This document shows, one piece after another, positions 59,937 through 64,000 of a DNA stretch of 64,000 nt. The notes under the pieces were generated by a model, which searched no databases, was not told the DNA's origin, and saw nothing but the letters and a program-made list of their open reading frames with translations. Location: positions 16,678,001 through 16,742,000 of the forward strand of contig CP075493.1 in assembly GCA_021613535.1 (NCBI GenBank), read 5' to 3'. The DNA comes from Adineta vaga (Eukaryota > Animalia > Rotifera). The position numbers and the translations under genes were made by a program. Numbering within the stretch: the first letter of the stretch is position 1; every line of letters begins with the position of its first letter.

Positions 59937-60715
59937 TTAAATCGACAAGTGCGAATTCTGTTGATTGAGATTTGTGGCAATATATTCACCCATACTTTCT
60001 AGTTTAGCTAAAGGTACGTATTTCTCTGTAATATATAGAATTTCATGTAGTTCAAGCCATCGATTAAAAATTGCCACATCAGCTATAGATCCTGTCCAGA
60101 AATTCTCAAAGCGTTCTTTGACACCATCGAGTTGATCGAAAAACTTCGGCATTCCTATCTGAGCACCAATACATAATGTTCCCGGAACATTTGTATGTTG
60201 ATCTTCATCATTTTGATAAATATCATTCTTAATCTGATATTTTGGCTTCTTCTCACAATCAAGTTGACCATTGATAAACAACTGTTGCTTTTCCAGTGAT
60301 AAACAAGCGACAAAATGATACCATTTATTTCTGTTTCGTTGACGTTCACCACAACTACCTACACCGACGATATGTCCAGCATAGTCGAGTTGTATCTGGT
60401 AACTGAAAGAACTAAAATTAAGTCCTAGATAAAGATTTGAGTTGGAATTAATTTGTCAAGAACTAAAAGCTGCACGTCGAAATGCAAGTTCTGGATGCGT
60501 ATCCGCAATCCATAGAGATATACAAACAGGTTTGTTCTGATATGGTCGAATATCTTGAATATGTATATTAATGGTGGAAGAATCATCAAGATGAAGACAT
60601 GAACCGAATAAACATTCGCGATATTCCGGTTTACCAATAATTTTGAAAGAGGTTCATCATAAACTAAAAAAATCTTTGCAATCAATTCATTTGGAAGATC
60701 ATCTATTGACTTCAT
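59937..60715 (-). pseudogene. F-box + LamG/concanavalin-like gene, disrupted
   Basis: MKSIDDLPNELIAKIF; after a frameshift and stop, NKWYHFV...LFINGQL...LCIGA...WTGSIADVAIFNRWL. Confidence 0.7.
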
Positions 60716-61083
60716 CGTATCTATTCTTATTGTTAATAATAATATACAAAGCACAAAATACGTTTGAAAAAAGCGAAAGAAAAATGAATAGATTCTTATT
60801 TATTGTTTATGCGTCGATGATACTATTATCTATATTCATTAATATATAATACGTCAACGAAAACTGTATTATAAATAACTGATGACGTGTATGTTGACGT
60901 CAATGTTCATTACATTTATAGTGAAGTTAAAAAAAGTTTATGTTAGAGATTTTGTATATTAATAAGAAAAAAAAGAAATACTTTAAATGATTAATCTAGT
61001 CTTGATAGGTTTCAGTTGTTTTTCAAGTAGAATAAAAAGATGATGATTTTAATTTATCATTCAAAGAATAGAAAGAAATAATC

Positions 61084-62055
61084 ATGAATGAAAATAATTC
61101 TACAGTATTTTTGTTTATTCCTCCTTTGAATATTCAATTTCATATATTACTTATCGGTGAAATTTTATCAATACCTTGTAGTTTATTTGTTGTTATTTAT
61201 ATTCTTATTCATAAAACACAACGTGAAGCTTTACATAATCATTGTGTTCTTGTATTTCTTATTATTGGTCTTATTATTCAATTGACAGATTTTATTTGGG
61301 TATTAGATAGTTATCGTTATGAATGTCAAGTATATCCAATATCAAATCTTTTCTGTCAAATCTGGTGGTTCATTGATTTTACTGGTTTTGATACGATTAC
61401 AATTATTCTTTGTTGGGCAGCTTTTGAACGACATATTTTAGTTTTCTATTCGAATCAATTAGTAACACGTTTACAAAAACTTTTTATTCATTATATTCCA
61501 TTGATTATTTTGTTAATCTATTCATTTATATTTCATCTATATGCCATTTTTTGGCCTTTTTCTAATGAATTTTATTATGATTTTACAAGACCTGTTTGTG
61601 GTGCATATCCGTGCTTTCTTGATGATTATATTCTAAATATGTGGATGACATTTGGGTTCAATGTTATTCCTACTCTTTTAATTGCTTTTTTCAATATAGC
61701 CTTCTTTGTTCGATTTATTCGACAGAAACAAATTCTTCATCGTCAAATTCATTGGAGAACATATCGAAAAATGGTATTACAATTATGTTCTATTACATCA
61801 CTTTTTCTTTTCATAGAAATGCCATTAAGTATCATTTCTATCGTTCATTTATCTGGTTCACCAGATTGGGCAACTGAAACTACACTTTACCTTTTCTTTC
61901 TGACTATCTTTCGAATTTTATGTACGCCCTTTATATGTCTCACATCACTGCCAAATATCGGTAAAAAATGTCGACAAATCTTTTCTCGACATCATCGACA
62001 AGTCATTCCTGCATCAATATTGCCAAGAATTCGACAAAGAATAACAACAGTTTAA
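61084..62055 (+). CDS. Orphan class-A-like GPCR
   Basis: Seven hydrophobic segments, FCQIWW, AAFERH (DRY-equivalent), TPFICL; intronless. Confidence 0.85.
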   Translation: MNENNSTVFLFIPPLNIQFHILLIGEILSIPCSLFVVIYILIHKTQREALHNHCVLVFLIIGLIIQLTDFIWVLDSYRYECQVYPISNLFCQIWWFIDFTGFDTITIILCWAAFERHILVFYSNQLVTRLQKLFIHYIPLIILLIYSFIFHLYAIFWPFSNEFYYDFTRPVCGAYPCFLDDYILNMWMTFGFNVIPTLLIAFFNIAFFVRFIRQKQILHRQIHWRTYRKMVLQLCSITSLFLFIEMPLSIISIVHLSGSPDWATETTLYLFFLTIFRILCTPFICLTSLPNIGKKCRQIFSRHHRQVIPASILPRIRQRITTV

Positions 62056-62450
62056 ATATAAAAGACTGTTTGAGATGAATATCCAAATATCGTACGAAAA
62101 TATAAATATTATAGTCTCATATAATAGTATTTTTCATAGTAATACGTCATTTTCGAAATGTATGTTTGTCAAAATTCTTTTAAATATTTGCGTGATGATA
62201 GAACAAAAAGAACAAAACCAAGTAAATGGGATGCATACGATAGAAGATAAGCGATGGATAATAAATGTTTTTGTCATCTTGATAATTGTATCTACAAGAA
62301 AATATCGATGTGATCATTATTGGTTGTAAACCATTAAATAAAATGATCGATTCTGTTATAAATAATTCTTTTTGATTATAAAATTGTTGTTTTAAAGTTT
62401 CAATCAATGCATCATCTACCTTCATCCTTCGTGAATGACCACAAGCTGAA

Positions 62451-62506
62451 AGTGTGGGTGGATATGGATTATCTGTTACTTATACCTTAATCCACACTCG
62501 CACCCT
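62451..62506. repeat. Telomere-like palindrome family
   Basis: AGTGTGGGTGGATATGG ... TCCACACTCGCACCCT. Confidence 0.75.
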
Positions 62507-63558
62507 ACAATTCATTTTGATTAATGAAAAAATTACTCGAGAGAGCTTTTACTTCTCGAATACGATGCTTTACATCGCTCATTTTATTAAAACCATTCAT
62601 TCATTCAATCAATAAAAAATCAACTGTGCTTATGTATATTAGGGAGGTATTCATAGCTTCTGAAAGGAGCAATTTCAAAAAGCTTATATGGCTGTAAGAT
62701 CTGTAGAAAATATTTGACTACACGACTGAAGACTGCAGAAGCTATAAAAGTATTTGAGACATTGAAGTGTGAAGCCCTAGTTTACTTATAGGCATATATA
62801 CATTAATGTCTAGTGTATGTATGTGCCTATTGGATTTTAGTTCAACCTTTGAAACAGTGTACCCTTAACAAGAAAGAAAAGCCACGCAGTATGTACGAAT
62901 TTACGCTGGTGTCATCAAAATGCCATGGTAGATGTATGAAGTCTATTAAACTGCTTCTTTTATTCAGTATGGAATAGATTAGCAGTGAGCATGTGAATGT
63001 ATGACATTTTCATCAGTTTCTTTGACGCTCCAAACACATCTTCATTTAAAGAAAAGAAAGTAATTTTGGAATTCAATCCAACATTTAAAACAACAGCGAG
63101 TAGTGATTTTTCATAAAAGATTTTAAAAGGATCCTGAAGTTTTTACATTTTGTATGAAATACTTCTCACTAACAATGTGACATATCTTTTCATGAGACTT
63201 CGCACTCACAGAAGGCACAATTTAGGCTGATTAATGAGAATTCAATCGAGGGTCAAGCGAGTCAGCCTCGACGAACTTTATTTATAATACTTGTGGATGT
63301 TATTTTATTCTCATTTACCCTGAAGATGAAAGTGAGAACACAACTAAAGAGTGCAAAATAAAGAGTTTGACAGAATTGATTGACATCTATTTATATTTAT
63401 TCATTATCAACAGGAAGAATAAATCAAATCTGAAAGTCATTTATTTAAATAGAAATAAAATTATCTGTTTTCTACTCGACAATTAAAATATAGAATACAA
63501 TTCTTTATTTTAGTTATCATTATAAAAAAAACGTCCTATCAATTCAAAGTAAATAAAA

Positions 63559-64000
63559 ATGAATGAATCAATTTCTCTTGTTAATAATTTAAATAATATT
63601 GAAAATCAAATCCAATTATATAGTTATTCATTTATGTTTATTTCTTGTCTTATTGGTAATAAATTAAATATTCTTATATTTATCATTAAATCAAAAGATA
63701 ATCCATGTACAATTTATTTATTAGCATCACAAATATATGATATACTCATATTATAATTATTTCTTAAAACAAATATAATTTATTTTATTACAAATAAAAA
63801 TGGTACTAAATCTTGGAATTTATGGTGTAAATTAAATCCATATTTTGCAAATTATCTTTCATTAAATTCAATTGGTTTACTTTGTTTAGCTGCTATTGAT
63901 CGTTGTTATGTTATATCTCGTGAAGTTTACCGACGAAATTTACTTATATTTGTAGTAGTTTCTATATTTATTGTTTAGGTTCATCGATATTTCGTGCAAA
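63559..64000 (+). pseudogene. GPCR-like gene with in-frame stop (runs off the window end)
   Basis: LIGNKLNILIF...NPCTIYLL; TAA at 63754-63756; same frame continues WCKLNPYF...LCLAAIDRCY. Confidence 0.75.

Noticed and set aside
1-64000. Bacterial origin or contamination, or a bacterial integron
   Set aside because: Spliceosomal introns, eEF1A, GPCRs and eukaryotic TEs are interleaved with the bacterial-type genes; no tyrosine recombinase or attC RYYYAAC/GTTRRRY boxes were seen, so the attC comparison is an analogy only.
1-64000. tRNA, rRNA or other structured RNA genes
   Set aside because: None recognisable by eye; tRNAscan-SE and Infernal would be needed to exclude them.

Overview
AT-rich eukaryotic DNA with short (~50-65 nt) GT-AG introns. 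The gene content (ART-TPR, F-box/LRR, orphan GPCRs, bacterial/fungal-type enzymes, a Mag-type Ty3/gypsy element) is most consistent with a bdelloid rotifer; this is an inference from gene families, not a database match. The window holds about 22 genes and pseudogenes, many plausibly defence-related: three ADP-ribosyltransferase-TPR genes, four F-box genes (one a 31-exon LRR array), ApoL-like, RNase T2, HEPN-like, a Rel-homology-like factor, ZZ-CAP, glycoside hydrolase-ricin, kelch and a divergent EF1A. Three mobile elements are present: a TIR element with a 7-bp TSD, a compound non-autonomous Helitron, and a full-length LTR retrotransposon with identical LTRs inside a CAP-domain exon. The main unexplained structure is a family of about 25 short (40-125 bp) imperfect palindromes, consensus TCTTGAGGGTGTGGGTGTG-variable spacer-CACACCCACACCCTCAAGA. 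They are built from bdelloid telomere-like hexamers (TGTGGG/TGAGGG) in head-to-head orientation and recur every ~2-5 kb. They usually sit just 3' of a gene, never lie inside an intact exon, and in at least two cases mark the point where a gene is cut off. All coordinates and splice sites were read by eye.
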